Numbered from the stretch's first letter, positions 17,879 to 28,776 are shown. The stretch is 64,000 nucleotides of DNA from a virus (IMGVR_UViG_3300020048_000015:32001-96000); one strand, 5' to 3'. The notes: generated from the sequence alone by a model not told the origin. Program-made: numbers and translations.

Positions 17879-18203
17879 TCTTTTCTAAATTTCTTTTAAA
17901 TAATCTTTTATCATTAACCCTTGTATCTACACCATAAAAATCAGACCACCTTATTCGACTTTTAAATTTTCCTTTTTTCCCCCATTTATTTTTAGACTTA
18001 GTAGCAAAATGTGTAGTGAAATTTGTTTTAAAGAAAAAAGCATCTGATGTTCCTATTTTATCAAACCAATATGGATTATCCATAGGTATGTCATTTATAT
18101 CTCTGAATCTATAAAATGAATAGCTATATATAGACACTTTTAATCTTTTAATAACAATCTTTTCTTCACTATATCTTCTGATAGACCGTTTCATTGACTT
18201 CAT
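17802..18203 (-). CDS. Basic hypothetical protein
   Basis: ORF coupled (ATGA) to the methyltransferase gene. Confidence 0.55.
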   Translation of the reverse strand: MKSMKRSIRRYSEEKIVIKRLKVSIYSYSFYRFRDINDIPMDNPYWFDKIGTSDAFFFKTNFTTHFATKSKNKWGKKGKFKSRIRWSDFYGVDTRVNDKRLFKRNLEKNGLKHFPAEYRSKLEDIEQYDLLFQ

Positions 18204-18988
18204 ACTATCTTATTTAATACTTCGTTTAATTCACCTTTTGATATAGACCTTGGACCAACTGTTAAATCAACCCACTTAATATTATTTAATCTTTCTATTA
18301 CATTTAGAATAATATTTTTATCATCCAATATAATAAAATAATGTGATTGTTCAGATTTATCAGTATCTATAAATGCTTTTCCAGCATAAACACCAACCCT
18401 TCTAACTGACAAATCTGCTAAATTCTTATCCTTTGTATACTTAAACCCACTTTCTTTAGTGGAAACAATTTTATCACGTTTAATATCTTTCTTTTTCCAA
18501 ATTTGAAAAACACACTTTACATCATAATCATCACCATCTAATAAAAATGATTTTTCATCCAATATTTCTTCATACTCTAAATGATAATATTCTGGAATTT
18601 TATTTTTAACACTTGGTTTAGCAAAACTTAATGGTAAAATAAATGCTATAACATCAGCAAATTCTGAACACCTTTTTATAAATTTCATAGCCAATGAACC
18701 TTGCTTACCAAAAGGTGGATTAGATATAACTAAAATTTCACTACTGACGAAATTTAATTTTGTATAATCCCATTTAAGGAAATCTTCTTTTATAACATTA
18801 TCAATATGCGGTAAAATATCTATACCAATTTTATTTTGGTGTTCTATATTTAGATAGAAAGCCCCATCACCACAACAGGGATCTATAACAAGCTTATAAT
18901 CATCTAATTTAATTTTATTAATTAGATTTTTTGCCAAACTATGTTTTGTATAAAATTTATCTAAATCTGATTTTAATATTCGTTTCAT
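18200..18988 (-). CDS. Amino-DNA methyltransferase (N6-adenine type)
   Basis: DKFYT, IDPCCGDGAF (SAM binding), ISNPPFG (motif IV). Confidence 0.85.
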   Translation of the reverse strand: MKRILKSDLDKFYTKHSLAKNLINKIKLDDYKLVIDPCCGDGAFYLNIEHQNKIGIDILPHIDNVIKEDFLKWDYTKLNFVSSEILVISNPPFGKQGSLAMKFIKRCSEFADVIAFILPLSFAKPSVKNKIPEYYHLEYEEILDEKSFLLDGDDYDVKCVFQIWKKKDIKRDKIVSTKESGFKYTKDKNLADLSVRRVGVYAGKAFIDTDKSEQSHYFIILDDKNIILNVIERLNNIKWVDLTVGPRSISKGELNEVLNKIV

Positions 18989-19069
18989 ATTATATTTATA
19001 AAATAATAGTCCTTAGTTTTTTAATATATACATTAAAATATATAAACAATCAAATATATTAAAAAGTTC

Positions 19070-20077
19070 ATGAAATACATAAAAACATTTGAAGCATTAA
19101 AACCATCAACATTTAAAAAATATGTTAGTGAATGGAAATCTAATGAGTTAATACAAAATAGATATGAACCCTTATTTAAAGAATTAGGCAGTAAATATGA
19201 ACATGATAAAAAATATTATAGAATATATATACCACTTAATAAAATAATAAAACCATTTGAATTCATATCAAACACACATAGGGAAATATCAAAATTTTTA
19301 GAAGAAAATGATTGTATTATTTTGGATTATATAAATGGTGTTGCTAAATATAAAAGTGCTAAAAATAATTCTTCTATTGCAAAACTATTAAACAAGTTTG
19401 GTGAAAAAGAATTATTAAAAGACTTCATATCAGATGAAAGTAGAAAAGCTATGATAAATCCATCAAATGATATGATGATTGTATTATGCAGACATCCTTA
19501 TGATGTTGTTGGATCTGATACAGATAGAAATTGGACTAACTGTATGACACTAACACAAAAAGGTAGAAATATAAGAGTTGATAAACTTTCAACAGAATAT
19601 ATTTTATTAAAACAAAAGCTACAATTAGAAAGTGATGATAGTGATGAATATAATAGAATATTAAAGAAGATTGAAAATTTAGAACAAGACATAGAATTTA
19701 GAAAAACCCCAGGTGCTAATGTTGCATATTTAATAAATGATGTTAGATTCGGAACATTAAGTGCTTACTTAATTAAAAAGGATGATAAAAATATAGAAAA
19801 TCCATTAGCTTCAATAAGCATAAAACCATATATATCAACTAAATATATATGGAACACACCAAATATAGTTAGATTTATAAATAATCCAAATCAATTTGAT
19901 AATGAACCTTATGACGATGATGATTTAAAATATGATGATTATATGTTATTAGCAGATAATAAAATGTATGGGATGAACAATTTAAGTTTTAAGAGTAGTT
20001 TAAATGATTTATTGGATATGATAAATAATGATAAAGATAAGAATAAGTATATGTTGCACTCAAGATTATACATATAA
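19070..20077 (+). CDS. Hypothetical protein with leader
   Basis: MKYIKTFEAL; 335-aa ORF. Confidence 0.7.
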   Translation: MKYIKTFEALKPSTFKKYVSEWKSNELIQNRYEPLFKELGSKYEHDKKYYRIYIPLNKIIKPFEFISNTHREISKFLEENDCIILDYINGVAKYKSAKNNSSIAKLLNKFGEKELLKDFISDESRKAMINPSNDMMIVLCRHPYDVVGSDTDRNWTNCMTLTQKGRNIRVDKLSTEYILLKQKLQLESDDSDEYNRILKKIENLEQDIEFRKTPGANVAYLINDVRFGTLSAYLIKKDDKNIENPLASISIKPYISTKYIWNTPNIVRFINNPNQFDNEPYDDDDLKYDDYMLLADNKMYGMNNLSFKSSLNDLLDMINNDKDKNKYMLHSRLYI

Positions 20078-20113
20078 AAAAAAAGACCAAAATTTAATTT
20101 TGGTCTTTTTTTT
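20076..20113. terminator. Bidirectional intrinsic terminator
   Basis: A9-gaccaaaat/attttggtc-T9. Confidence 0.75.
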
Positions 20114-20681
20114 ATAATATTTGTTTAAGCATAAGATCACTAAAATCTTTAGGTTGGTATTTTTTAATATCATCTGACATCATTCTAAACACCATTTGCC
20201 CCATTTCTTCATTTCTACGAACACCTCTGCCATGTAAATTAACGAAATTATCAAAACCCATTTCAGTCATAGAATTTAAGGCGAAAATATTTGCTTCTTC
20301 TTCTAATTTTTTATAACCAATTATAAACTTATCAAAATCATTATTTACAACCGTATCATAATAATGTTCAGTTAGTCTACCTTCTCTATGTTGATCACAA
20401 TGTTTTGATTCGTGCAAAGCTAAGAATAATTTAAATATCCAAGGTGCTCCTTGTATTCTTGAATTTATTAAAACTCTATCAGTTCCAATAAAAACACCCA
20501 TTATTGGCTTTGTTGTATTAAATGGAAAATAGTTTAGTTTAATATCTTTTCTATTTATATTCCACCAATTTTCTATTGATTCTAATGGCTTACTTGTTTC
20601 TGCTATTTCCATTAGAAAGTTATTAATACTCATTTCCCCAGGAATGTTTTGATAATTTTCAAATAATTTTAAATGTTTCAT
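20112..20681 (-). CDS. Putative zincin-like metallopeptidase with leader
   Basis: MKHLKLFENY; LALHESKH (HExxH) and downstream LEEEAN. Confidence 0.6.
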   Translation of the reverse strand: MKHLKLFENYQNIPGEMSINNFLMEIAETSKPLESIENWWNINRKDIKLNYFPFNTTKPIMGVFIGTDRVLINSRIQGAPWIFKLFLALHESKHCDQHREGRLTEHYYDTVVNNDFDKFIIGYKKLEEEANIFALNSMTEMGFDNFVNLHGRGVRRNEEMGQMVFRMMSDDIKKYQPKDFSDLMLKQIL

Positions 20682-20701
20682 ATGTAAGTTTTTTTTTGTA
20701 A

Positions 20702-21880
20702 TTAATTACTAATTATTTTTATATGTGGATTTTCTAATATTATCTTTTTAAATATTGAATAATTAATAGCACATTGTATTCTTAATTGACCCTTACTATC
20801 TTTTTTAAATCTTAATTTAATTGGATAATCTTGTGTTATTAATGAAAATTCACTTCTATAATCTTCCCAACTTTTTTGTACATTACCAATAACTTTCAAC
20901 TTATAATTTAATAATTCATTATACATATTATTCAACATATCAAATGCTTCTGAACCTTCTGATAAATCAGGTAGATAAGATTTCCAAATATCTAAATCAA
21001 TATAAATAATATATTCTTCAATTACGTTTCCTATTCCATCATGAAATCCAATCGCAAGTATAAATCCTTTAACTTTATCATCATATATTCTTTGTAATGA
21101 ACCATCTATAAATTCCAAACCAGATATTCGTTTGAAATCACCCATGTCTATGGATCCACCTTTTCTAATACATTTTATATTCCAATATAAATCTCTTTTT
21201 AGTTTATTATCTACTAAACTAAAATCAACATCTAAACCATTTTCATTAATGACTGATATATATTCAGCTCCATTAAAATATTTAATATCAGCAGGAAATC
21301 TTTTATTTAAAAACCTTTTATCTAATGACCCATAAGCATCCCATTTATCAGGATTTGGCATACTATTAAGTTTATTTAATTTTATCAAATTTGATTCATA
21401 AACAAACCCATGATTTTGTCTTGCTCTTTGACTGTCATTAGAATTTCTAATAAATACAAAAAGATATATTTCCGAACCATTATCATTTAACTTTGAATCT
21501 TCAATTAAATAACCATTAAAATTATGTTTATTATTTTCTAATTCACCAATTTTTAATAATTCCGGTGCATCAAAATAATCTTTGTTTTTTATATCTTTAG
21601 ATGAAATTCTTATATCCCACCTTTTTTTATATTCAATTTGTTCTTCTTCAATATCATCTGATGCATTACTAAATGGTCTATTTTTAGTTGGTTCTAAGGT
21701 AACAAACATACAAAGTGCATATTCATCAAAATTATATGTTTCCATCCAATTTCTAATAATAGATTCATCATATATTGAACTTTCCAATAGACTTTTAATT
21801 CTAAATCTTCTTTGGAAAATATATAATTTTTTTTCTAAAATGAATTCAGAAAATTTATTAACTTTTAACATATTCAACAT
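20702..21880 (-). CDS. Hypothetical protein with leader; possible PD-(D/E)xK nuclease domain
   Basis: NHGFVYE...KWDAY...WNIKCIRKGGSIDMGDFKRI. Confidence 0.45.
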   Translation of the reverse strand: MLNMLKVNKFSEFILEKKLYIFQRRFRIKSLLESSIYDESIIRNWMETYNFDEYALCMFVTLEPTKNRPFSNASDDIEEEQIEYKKRWDIRISSKDIKNKDYFDAPELLKIGELENNKHNFNGYLIEDSKLNDNGSEIYLFVFIRNSNDSQRARQNHGFVYESNLIKLNKLNSMPNPDKWDAYGSLDKRFLNKRFPADIKYFNGAEYISVINENGLDVDFSLVDNKLKRDLYWNIKCIRKGGSIDMGDFKRISGLEFIDGSLQRIYDDKVKGFILAIGFHDGIGNVIEEYIIYIDLDIWKSYLPDLSEGSEAFDMLNNMYNELLNYKLKVIGNVQKSWEDYRSEFSLITQDYPIKLRFKKDSKGQLRIQCAINYSIFKKIILENPHIKIISN

Positions 21881-21975
21881 TATTTTTTAAATATAAGTAT
21901 ATATAAAATCTATCAAATCTATTTTTTAAACATACATAATATATTATCATATAATTAGAAAATAATCTAAAAAAT

Positions 21976-22950
21976 ATGATAGTTGATCTTATTATAGATG
22001 GAAATTTTCTTTTAAATCGCTTAACATTTACACTACATAAAAATAATCTTTTATTTGGTGCTTTACACAAAAGTTTAGAAATGTCAATTGCTAATTACAG
22101 AAAATGGTATCCATTTGCTAATATTTATTTAGTTTCCGATTCTAAAGAAAAATCATGGAGAAAAAAATTAAACAATAATTACAAAGCACAAAGAAAAAAA
22201 GACAGTAACATTGATTGGGGATTTGTATTTAAAACATACAATGAATTTAAAGACCAAATAAAATCAAAAGGTGTTAGAGTATTAGAATCCCCATCAATAG
22301 AAGGCGATGATTGGATTTCATTCTTAGTTGAAAAATCAAATTCTGAAAAAAAATCCACATTCATTGTTAGTAATGATTATGATATAAAACAATTAATAAA
22401 TTATTCATTAGACCCACTTACAATAAATATAATGTCTAATGAAATGTATAATAAACAAAAGTTATTCTTACCAAAGAATTATCAATTATTCTTAAATTCA
22501 TTGAATAAATTAGATAATAATGATATTTTTAATCTAAATGATAACCACGAATTTATGTATCTTATGAAAACATTTACAGAAAAATATGAAGTAAATGAAA
22601 TTGATTCAATTGAATCTTTGTTTATAAAGCTTGTTGCAGGTGATTCATCAGATAATATACAATCTGCTTGGTCAGTAACTAAAAATGGCCGCAGAAGAGG
22701 AATAGCAGACAAAGGGGCTAAGAATATATTTGATGAATATGTTACAAGTTATGGTGATCCAAGTATAGAAGACCCAGACTTAACAGAAAACATTGCTGAT
22801 ATAATATGTGAAAAGAAAAAAGTACCTAAATCTTCTATTCCAGACATTCAGAAAAATTTAAAAGATAATATGAAACTTATATTATTGAAAACTTATAATA
22901 TGCCAATTGAAATAACACAAAAAATGATTGAGATATATGATTCAATTTGA
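21976..22950 (+). CDS. 5'-3' exonuclease / T4 RNase H-like flap nuclease
   Basis: LIIDGN, YKAQR, IEGDDWI, SNDYD, GDSSDNI. Confidence 0.85.
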   Translation: MIVDLIIDGNFLLNRLTFTLHKNNLLFGALHKSLEMSIANYRKWYPFANIYLVSDSKEKSWRKKLNNNYKAQRKKDSNIDWGFVFKTYNEFKDQIKSKGVRVLESPSIEGDDWISFLVEKSNSEKKSTFIVSNDYDIKQLINYSLDPLTINIMSNEMYNKQKLFLPKNYQLFLNSLNKLDNNDIFNLNDNHEFMYLMKTFTEKYEVNEIDSIESLFIKLVAGDSSDNIQSAWSVTKNGRRRGIADKGAKNIFDEYVTSYGDPSIEDPDLTENIADIICEKKKVPKSSIPDIQKNLKDNMKLILLKTYNMPIEITQKMIEIYDSI

Positions 22951-23434
22951 TGATGATGAAAAAACGATAGAACTATATGGATATATTAAAAGAAATTTGA
23001 ATGGTTTTTACAATTATGATTTTATGGAAAAATTTAATTATAATATAACAGACGACTTCAAAAATGAAATATTTATTTATATTTATATAGTAGCAAAAAA
23101 TATAAATTATTCTCGTGGAATGGACCCAATAAAGTTTCTTCTTGAAAATAAGAATGTGAATTTTCTAAATTTTCTAAGAGAATTTGATTCAACTTTTAAA
23201 GAACATCTATTAATAAACAATAAAAGATCTAAAATTTTAGGAAAAGTATATAATTATACTACAAATAAAATTGAATATGAATTGGAAGATGGTAATTTTA
23301 TACCAGAAGATTTACAATTAAAAACAAAATTTAAAGTAGAATTCAATTGTAATGTATTTCCAAAAGAATATAGAAAGATTATTTATAAACAAGAAAATAG
23401 AGAAGAACAACTAAAAAATATCTTAGATGAGTAA
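22928..23434 (+). CDS. Hypothetical protein with C-terminal tag
   Basis: Ends NREEQLKNILDE. Confidence 0.6.
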   Translation: MRYMIQFDDDEKTIELYGYIKRNLNGFYNYDFMEKFNYNITDDFKNEIFIYIYIVAKNINYSRGMDPIKFLLENKNVNFLNFLREFDSTFKEHLLINNKRSKILGKVYNYTTNKIEYELEDGNFIPEDLQLKTKFKVEFNCNVFPKEYRKIIYKQENREEQLKNILDE

Positions 23435-23825
23435 AAACATATTAGAAATATCAAAAATTATGTTTAAAGATAGACATAAATGGAATACTGTTACAGATAA
23501 AGAAAAACAATTGTCTTTCTTTATCTACAACAGATATTTTTCAAAGAGATATCATTCATTAGCCCAACTATTAAATAGTAAAGAAATGGACTATGCTTTA
23601 GGTATGGATTTGATATATCATTATTTAAAAGACAAGCCTTATCCAAATTGGTTTTGGAGCAAGTCTGATAAAACTAAGGATAAAAATAAACTTTTCACGG
23701 AAAAAGATTATAAAAAATTAATGGAAGTATTTTCAATTAAGATGGATGAAGTTGAAATTTTAATAGAATATTATCCTGATATTGTTAAAGAAGAATTAGA
23801 TTATATAAACAAAGCAAATAAATAA
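23427..23825 (+). CDS. Possible clamp-loader small subunit (T4 gp62-like)
   Basis: Size and FFIYNRYFS..AQLLN..YHYL pattern; replication-gene context. Confidence 0.4.
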   Translation: MSKNILEISKIMFKDRHKWNTVTDKEKQLSFFIYNRYFSKRYHSLAQLLNSKEMDYALGMDLIYHYLKDKPYPNWFWSKSDKTKDKNKLFTEKDYKKLMEVFSIKMDEVEILIEYYPDIVKEELDYINKANK

Positions 23826-23827
23826 TT

Positions 23828-24364
23828 ATGATTATAGAAAAAGCAAAAAAATGGTTCACCATTAAAGTACAAAATAACAGAGAAAAAAGTATATCCGAAA
23901 AATTAAAATTAGATATGCTAAGAAATTACGATGAATACATCCAATTCCTTATTCCAACAAAAGGAATAGCTTCTGTTAAAAATGGTAAAAAAATAATAAA
24001 GGAACAAATATTATACCCAGGCTATCTGTTTGTAGAAACAAATTCAATTGATAAAGTTGAACATTTAGTTAAAGGAACAACTGGTGCAACAAATGTTTTA
24101 AAAGACAGTAATGGTAAACCGACACCAATGAAAGATTCTGAAATAGAACGAATACTTGGTGAAAAAGAAGTTATCAAAGCTATGATTGAATCATCTTTTA
24201 TAAAAGGTGAAAAAGTTGAAATAATAAATGGTCCATTTACAAGTTTTATTGGTGTTGTTGAGTCAGTTGATAATGAAAAAAATAAAATAAAAGTAGAAGT
24301 TCCTATCTTTGGTAGAAACACAGTTGTTGATTTAACCACAAATGATATAAATAAATGCAATTAG
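23828..24364 (+). CDS. nusG: Transcription antitermination factor NusG
   Basis: WFTIKVQNNREK, LYPGYLFV, KOW GEKVEIINGPFTSFIG, VPIFGRNTVV. Confidence 0.93.
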   Translation: MIIEKAKKWFTIKVQNNREKSISEKLKLDMLRNYDEYIQFLIPTKGIASVKNGKKIIKEQILYPGYLFVETNSIDKVEHLVKGTTGATNVLKDSNGKPTPMKDSEIERILGEKEVIKAMIESSFIKGEKVEIINGPFTSFIGVVESVDNEKNKIKVEVPIFGRNTVVDLTTNDINKCN

Positions 24365-24382
24365 AATTTTTATATATAATAT

Positions 24383-25120
24383 ATGAAAATTAAAAAATAC
24401 AAAGATTATATATCAGGTGGATTAGCTGATAAAATGAATATTAGCGATATCGCTAAAAAACATAATATACCCACAAAGGATTTAAATAAACAATTAGCTA
24501 AAGGAATAAAAGTTGAAATGGAACATACAAATGATCCAAAGCAGGCAGAAGAAATTGCTTTGGACCATTTGTATGAATTTCCTGATTACTATGATAGATT
24601 GGAAAAAATAGAAGAAAACTTAATAAATGAACAATTAGATTTTAATATAATACCAACTAAATACACAGATATAAAAATATCTTCATTATTTATTATTAAT
24701 AAACAAGATACTATTTATAGATTTATAACAGACAAAGATAATTCATATGATGTATATTTTTCCTTAACATTAGAAAATAATCAACTATTATCTAATAATA
24801 TTGAACTATATAAATACACAAAATCATATATACCAACTATTTATTTTTCATTGACTAAAAGAGGATTGGATCCAAATAATTTTGATAAACTCACAAACAA
24901 TGATGAATTATTTGAAGTTATGGGAAAAGTTATGTTTCTAATAATTGAATATATTAATAAACATAACTATACAGTATATTCCATTGGAGAAGTTGATTCT
25001 AAAAAATATAAATTATATTCATATTATTTATCCAATATAAATTGGCTATCCTTATTAGAAGGAACATCAAAAAATTATAACAATAAAAAATGCTACTATT
25101 TAATAAATGAAAACAGGTGA
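24383..25120 (+). CDS. Two-domain phage protein with leader
   Basis: MKIKKYKDYI; KGIKVEMEHT...IALDHL..PDYYDRL. Confidence 0.65.
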   Translation: MKIKKYKDYISGGLADKMNISDIAKKHNIPTKDLNKQLAKGIKVEMEHTNDPKQAEEIALDHLYEFPDYYDRLEKIEENLINEQLDFNIIPTKYTDIKISSLFIINKQDTIYRFITDKDNSYDVYFSLTLENNQLLSNNIELYKYTKSYIPTIYFSLTKRGLDPNNFDKLTNNDELFEVMGKVMFLIIEYINKHNYTVYSIGEVDSKKYKLYSYYLSNINWLSLLEGTSKNYNNKKCYYLINENR

Positions 25121-25346
25121 TAGAATTAAAATAATATATGTTTGTGCGCCATTTATTAATTATGATTTTTTGGGAAAAGAATCAACTATAACAGTAACAG
25201 AATCTGGTCTAATATATTTGGATGATTTTGACATATTTATAAGTCAACGACTTATAAAATTAATTGATGATGAACAAGAAGAAATTGAAAATAATGTTTT
25301 CATACCAACAATTGAAGCAATGACTGAAATAAAAAAGACTGATTAA
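25107..25346 (+). CDS. Hypothetical protein
   Basis: Overlapping coupled ORF. Confidence 0.55.
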   Translation: MKTGDRIKIIYVCAPFINYDFLGKESTITVTESGLIYLDDFDIFISQRLIKLIDDEQEEIENNVFIPTIEAMTEIKKTD

Positions 25347-25367
25347 TTTAATTAATCAGTCTTTTTT
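25331..25367. terminator. Bidirectional intrinsic terminator
   Basis: aaaaaagactgattaat/attaatcagtctttttt. Confidence 0.75.
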
Positions 25368-25371
25368 ATTT

Positions 25372-26289
25372 TTACAAAAAATCTTTTCTATACTTAAATA
25401 ATGATATATCTTTTTGTTTACATTCCAATTCAATATCAACATCAAGACCACACATATCAAATTTTTCGTGCAGAAAATCAGCATGTGCTGCTAATTTTGA
25501 TGTGCCATCTTCATATAGTTTTCTTGAAGAAGAATGATGACACAATGGCTTTATATCTTTCCAAGTTGATGCGCCTAACATAAGTGTATCAGACCAAGAT
25601 ATATTATCAGTATGACATTGATAATGTAAACTATCAACAATTATAGGTATGCCAATTTTCTTATATATCATATTATGTAACATATTAACTGAAAATTGAT
25701 TTACACTATCATCATTTTCAACAGTTAATCTTTTTTTAGTTGATTCTGATAAATATTGAAAGTTATTACAAAATTTATCAGCAGCATCTTGTAATGTTGG
25801 CTTTGTAGTTCCTATATGTATATTTATAGAATAATATGGATTCATATCTAATCCCATATAATCCAATATTTCTGAATGTTTGTTTAATTCACTAATTGTA
25901 TTTTCAACAACTCTATCATTTTCAGAAGCCAAAACATTAAATTGACCAGGATGGAAACCAATTCTTATATTATTTGATTTAACTAACTTTCCAATTTTAA
26001 TTAAAACACTTTCTATTTTTTTAAAATTTGGTAGGTCAGTAAAGTTAAAATGACTCATCCAAGGAAAAAGATCTGATGATAATCTATATATATGGATATT
26101 ATTTCTAACATTCCATTCTAATATTTTTAGAACATCAGTTAGATTTAACAGTGCTAATTCGGAAGCATAAGATATTCCTTTGCTATCAAATGTCTTTTTA
26201 ATCATACCACGATTAACAGTAATTTGGTCTTTTTTAGATAAGTTTTTATTTAAACTTAAATTAATACAACAATAACCTATATTTTTCAT
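25372..26289 (-). CDS. uvsE: UV-damage endonuclease
   Basis: IGYCC, YRLSSDLFP, FHPGQF, NIHIG, TVENDD, DSLHY, HHSS, AHAD, ELECKQKD. Confidence 0.92.
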   Translation of the reverse strand: MKNIGYCCINLSLNKNLSKKDQITVNRGMIKKTFDSKGISYASELALLNLTDVLKILEWNVRNNIHIYRLSSDLFPWMSHFNFTDLPNFKKIESVLIKIGKLVKSNNIRIGFHPGQFNVLASENDRVVENTISELNKHSEILDYMGLDMNPYYSINIHIGTTKPTLQDAADKFCNNFQYLSESTKKRLTVENDDSVNQFSVNMLHNMIYKKIGIPIIVDSLHYQCHTDNISWSDTLMLGASTWKDIKPLCHHSSSRKLYEDGTSKLAAHADFLHEKFDMCGLDVDIELECKQKDISLFKYRKDFL

Positions 26290-26356
26290 ATTTTTTTGTT
26301 TTATAATCAAAGATAAAAAAAAATTTCCAAATAAAAAAATTAATATATAGAATTAT

Positions 26357-26875
26357 ATGAAATATTTAAAATTATTCGAAAACTTTAATAAATCAGAGAT
26401 TGATGAAATTTGTAATGAATATGATATAAAAAATTATATTATAAATCCGGATGGAAGCATAGATGTAGATGGTAGTGTTGATTTAGCATACAAAAGACTA
26501 TCGGAACTTCCACTTAAATTTAATACAGTTAGTGGTGGTTTTAATTGTTCTAATAATAACTTAACTACATTAGAAGGTGCTCCTAATTATGTTGGGAAAA
26601 ACTTACTATGCCAAAATAATAACTTAACAAGTTTAGATGGGTTTCCAAATGTTGTAGGTGGTGAATCTTGGATACTATATAATCCTATACATGAAATCAC
26701 ACGTTTATTTGGCTATACTAAAATATATTTAGAATATCAAGAAACATATAATTTTGTCAGAAAGGATTCTAAAGTAGTTAAATATTTATTTGAAGAAGCA
26801 TTAAATGATTATAATGAATACTACAATAAAGAAGTTAAATTACCAGAAGAAATATACAGATATACTTATATCTAA
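26357..26875 (+). CDS. Variable LRR-like family, 2 repeats
   Basis: Leader, NPDGSIDVDG cap, 21-aa units, EYQETYNF...YTYI C-cap. Confidence 0.85.
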   Translation: MKYLKLFENFNKSEIDEICNEYDIKNYIINPDGSIDVDGSVDLAYKRLSELPLKFNTVSGGFNCSNNNLTTLEGAPNYVGKNLLCQNNNLTSLDGFPNVVGGESWILYNPIHEITRLFGYTKIYLEYQETYNFVRKDSKVVKYLFEEALNDYNEYYNKEVKLPEEIYRYTYI

Positions 26876-26893
26876 ATAAAAATAATAATTTAA

Positions 26894-27451
26894 ATGAAAA
26901 ACGATAAGATATATAAATATCATGAATATCTAAAAGAAAATCTATTAGATTCACCAGAAACCTATGTGGAATCAGCATTAAGAAAATTAGAAAATAGAAT
27001 AAAATCTATGTTTGATGTTGATGAGAAAGGTGATGATGTTAAAAAATATGGCGTAAAATCAGATATAAACAGAAAAGAAAAAGGTGAATTATCATTTAGT
27101 GACTTAGGTTTAAATTTAGAAAGTTTAGAACTATCCAAATATTCTAAAACACAAGATAATTTAAAACTTAAATTTTCTGATGAACAGTTCCTATATGATA
27201 TAACATTTTCAATTGATTTAAAAGATGCAGTTCCAAAAGATAAAGAAAGTGATTTTTCTGAATCAGATATTAAAAAATGTCAAATTAAATTTAAAAAATA
27301 TTCAACTGATGACTTTCAATTAGTAGCAGGACCTTTAACTAAAACAGATGGTTTAGATAAAATAGATGAAGAATATTTAGTAAATATAAAGATTGAACTT
27401 GATGAAACATCAGGTGATGAAGAAGATGAATTTAAAATAGAAACAGAATGA
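26894..27451 (+). CDS. Acidic hypothetical protein with leader
   Basis: KIYKYHEYLKE; coupled to the next LRR gene. Confidence 0.7.
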   Translation: MKNDKIYKYHEYLKENLLDSPETYVESALRKLENRIKSMFDVDEKGDDVKKYGVKSDINRKEKGELSFSDLGLNLESLELSKYSKTQDNLKLKFSDEQFLYDITFSIDLKDAVPKDKESDFSESDIKKCQIKFKKYSTDDFQLVAGPLTKTDGLDKIDEEYLVNIKIELDETSGDEEDEFKIETE

Positions 27452-28032
27452 AATATTTAAAATTATTTGAAAATTTTAATCAATCAGAAATTGATTATAT
27501 TTGTAGAAAATATAACATTCAAAAATATACAATAAATCTTGATGGATCTATTGATGTAGATGGTCATGTTAATTTATACAAAAAACAATTAACTGATATC
27601 CCCCTTAAATTTAATAAAGTTTCTGGTTTTTTTGATTGTTCTGGTAACAACTTAACAAATTTAATTGGGTGTCCAAATTATGTTGGTGATTTTTTTAATT
27701 GTGCAAATAATCAATTAACAAGTTTAATAGGCTGCCCAACAGAAATTTGGCAAGGTTTTGATTTTGGATTCAATAAATTGACCAATTTAGAAGGTGTTGC
27801 TAAAATTATTAATAAACATACATGGTATAGTGATAATCCAATAACACCAATAATAGATTTATTTGGATATGATGTTAAAAAATATTTAGAATATCAAGAA
27901 ACATATAATTTTTTAAGAAAGGATTGTAAGATTGTTAAACACTTATTAATAGAAGCATTGGAAGATTTCAATACAGAATATAAAGATAATGTTGAACTAC
28001 CAGAAGAAATAGAAGGATATACTTATATATGA
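27448..28032 (+). CDS. Variable LRR-like family, 3 repeats
   Basis: Same caps and units. Confidence 0.85.
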   Translation: MKYLKLFENFNQSEIDYICRKYNIQKYTINLDGSIDVDGHVNLYKKQLTDIPLKFNKVSGFFDCSGNNLTNLIGCPNYVGDFFNCANNQLTSLIGCPTEIWQGFDFGFNKLTNLEGVAKIINKHTWYSDNPITPIIDLFGYDVKKYLEYQETYNFLRKDCKIVKHLLIEALEDFNTEYKDNVELPEEIEGYTYI

Positions 28033-28736
28033 AACACTTAAAACTATTTGAAAACTTTAATAAATCTGAAATTGATGATATTTGTAAAAAATATGGAATA
28101 AGAAACTATATAATAAATCCTGATGGGTCTATTGATGTTGATGGTGATATTAATTTAGTTAATATAAATCTAATTAAATTACCACTTAAATTTAATATAG
28201 TTTCTGGGGAGTTTGATTGTCGTGGTAACAAATTAACTTCTTTAGAAGGTTGCCCTAAAGAAGTTGGTGGTGATTTTTCTTGTTATGCTAATCAATTAAC
28301 TAGTTTAGAAGGTTGCCCTAAAGAAGTTGGAGGTTATTTTGATTGTGCAAATAATCAATTAACCAGTTTAATAGGTTGCCCTAAAGAAGTTGGTGGTTAT
28401 TTTAGTTGCACTACTAATCAATTGACATCTTTAGAAGGTGGTCCAAGTAAAGTTGGTGGAAGTTTTTATTGTCAGCGTAATAAATTAATCAGTTTAGATG
28501 GACATCCAGAAGAAATTGGTAGTTCTCGTTGGTATTATAATAATCCAATTTCACCAATAATAGATTTATTTGATGATATTAAAATTTATTTAGAATATCA
28601 AGAAACATATAAATTTTTAAGAAAAGATTGTAAAATTGTTAAACACCTTTTAGATGATGCTTTAAAAGATTATAATGAATATTATAATAAAAATGTAGAA
28701 TTACCAAAAAAAATTAAAGGATTTTGGTTAACATAG
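28029..28736 (+). CDS. Variable LRR-like family, 5 repeats
   Basis: 63-bp units visible in the DNA (e.g. 28233 and 28296). Confidence 0.85.
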   Translation: MKHLKLFENFNKSEIDDICKKYGIRNYIINPDGSIDVDGDINLVNINLIKLPLKFNIVSGEFDCRGNKLTSLEGCPKEVGGDFSCYANQLTSLEGCPKEVGGYFDCANNQLTSLIGCPKEVGGYFSCTTNQLTSLEGGPSKVGGSFYCQRNKLISLDGHPEEIGSSRWYYNNPISPIIDLFDDIKIYLEYQETYKFLRKDCKIVKHLLDDALKDYNEYYNKNVELPKKIKGFWLT

Positions 28737-28776
28737 AACTATATACTTATATTTAAAAAAAAATAATAAAACTAAA

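Noticed and set aside
28233-28500. Regular 63-bp repeats as a CRISPR array
   Set aside because: They are in-frame coding LRR units with degenerate codons, no unique spacers and no cas genes.
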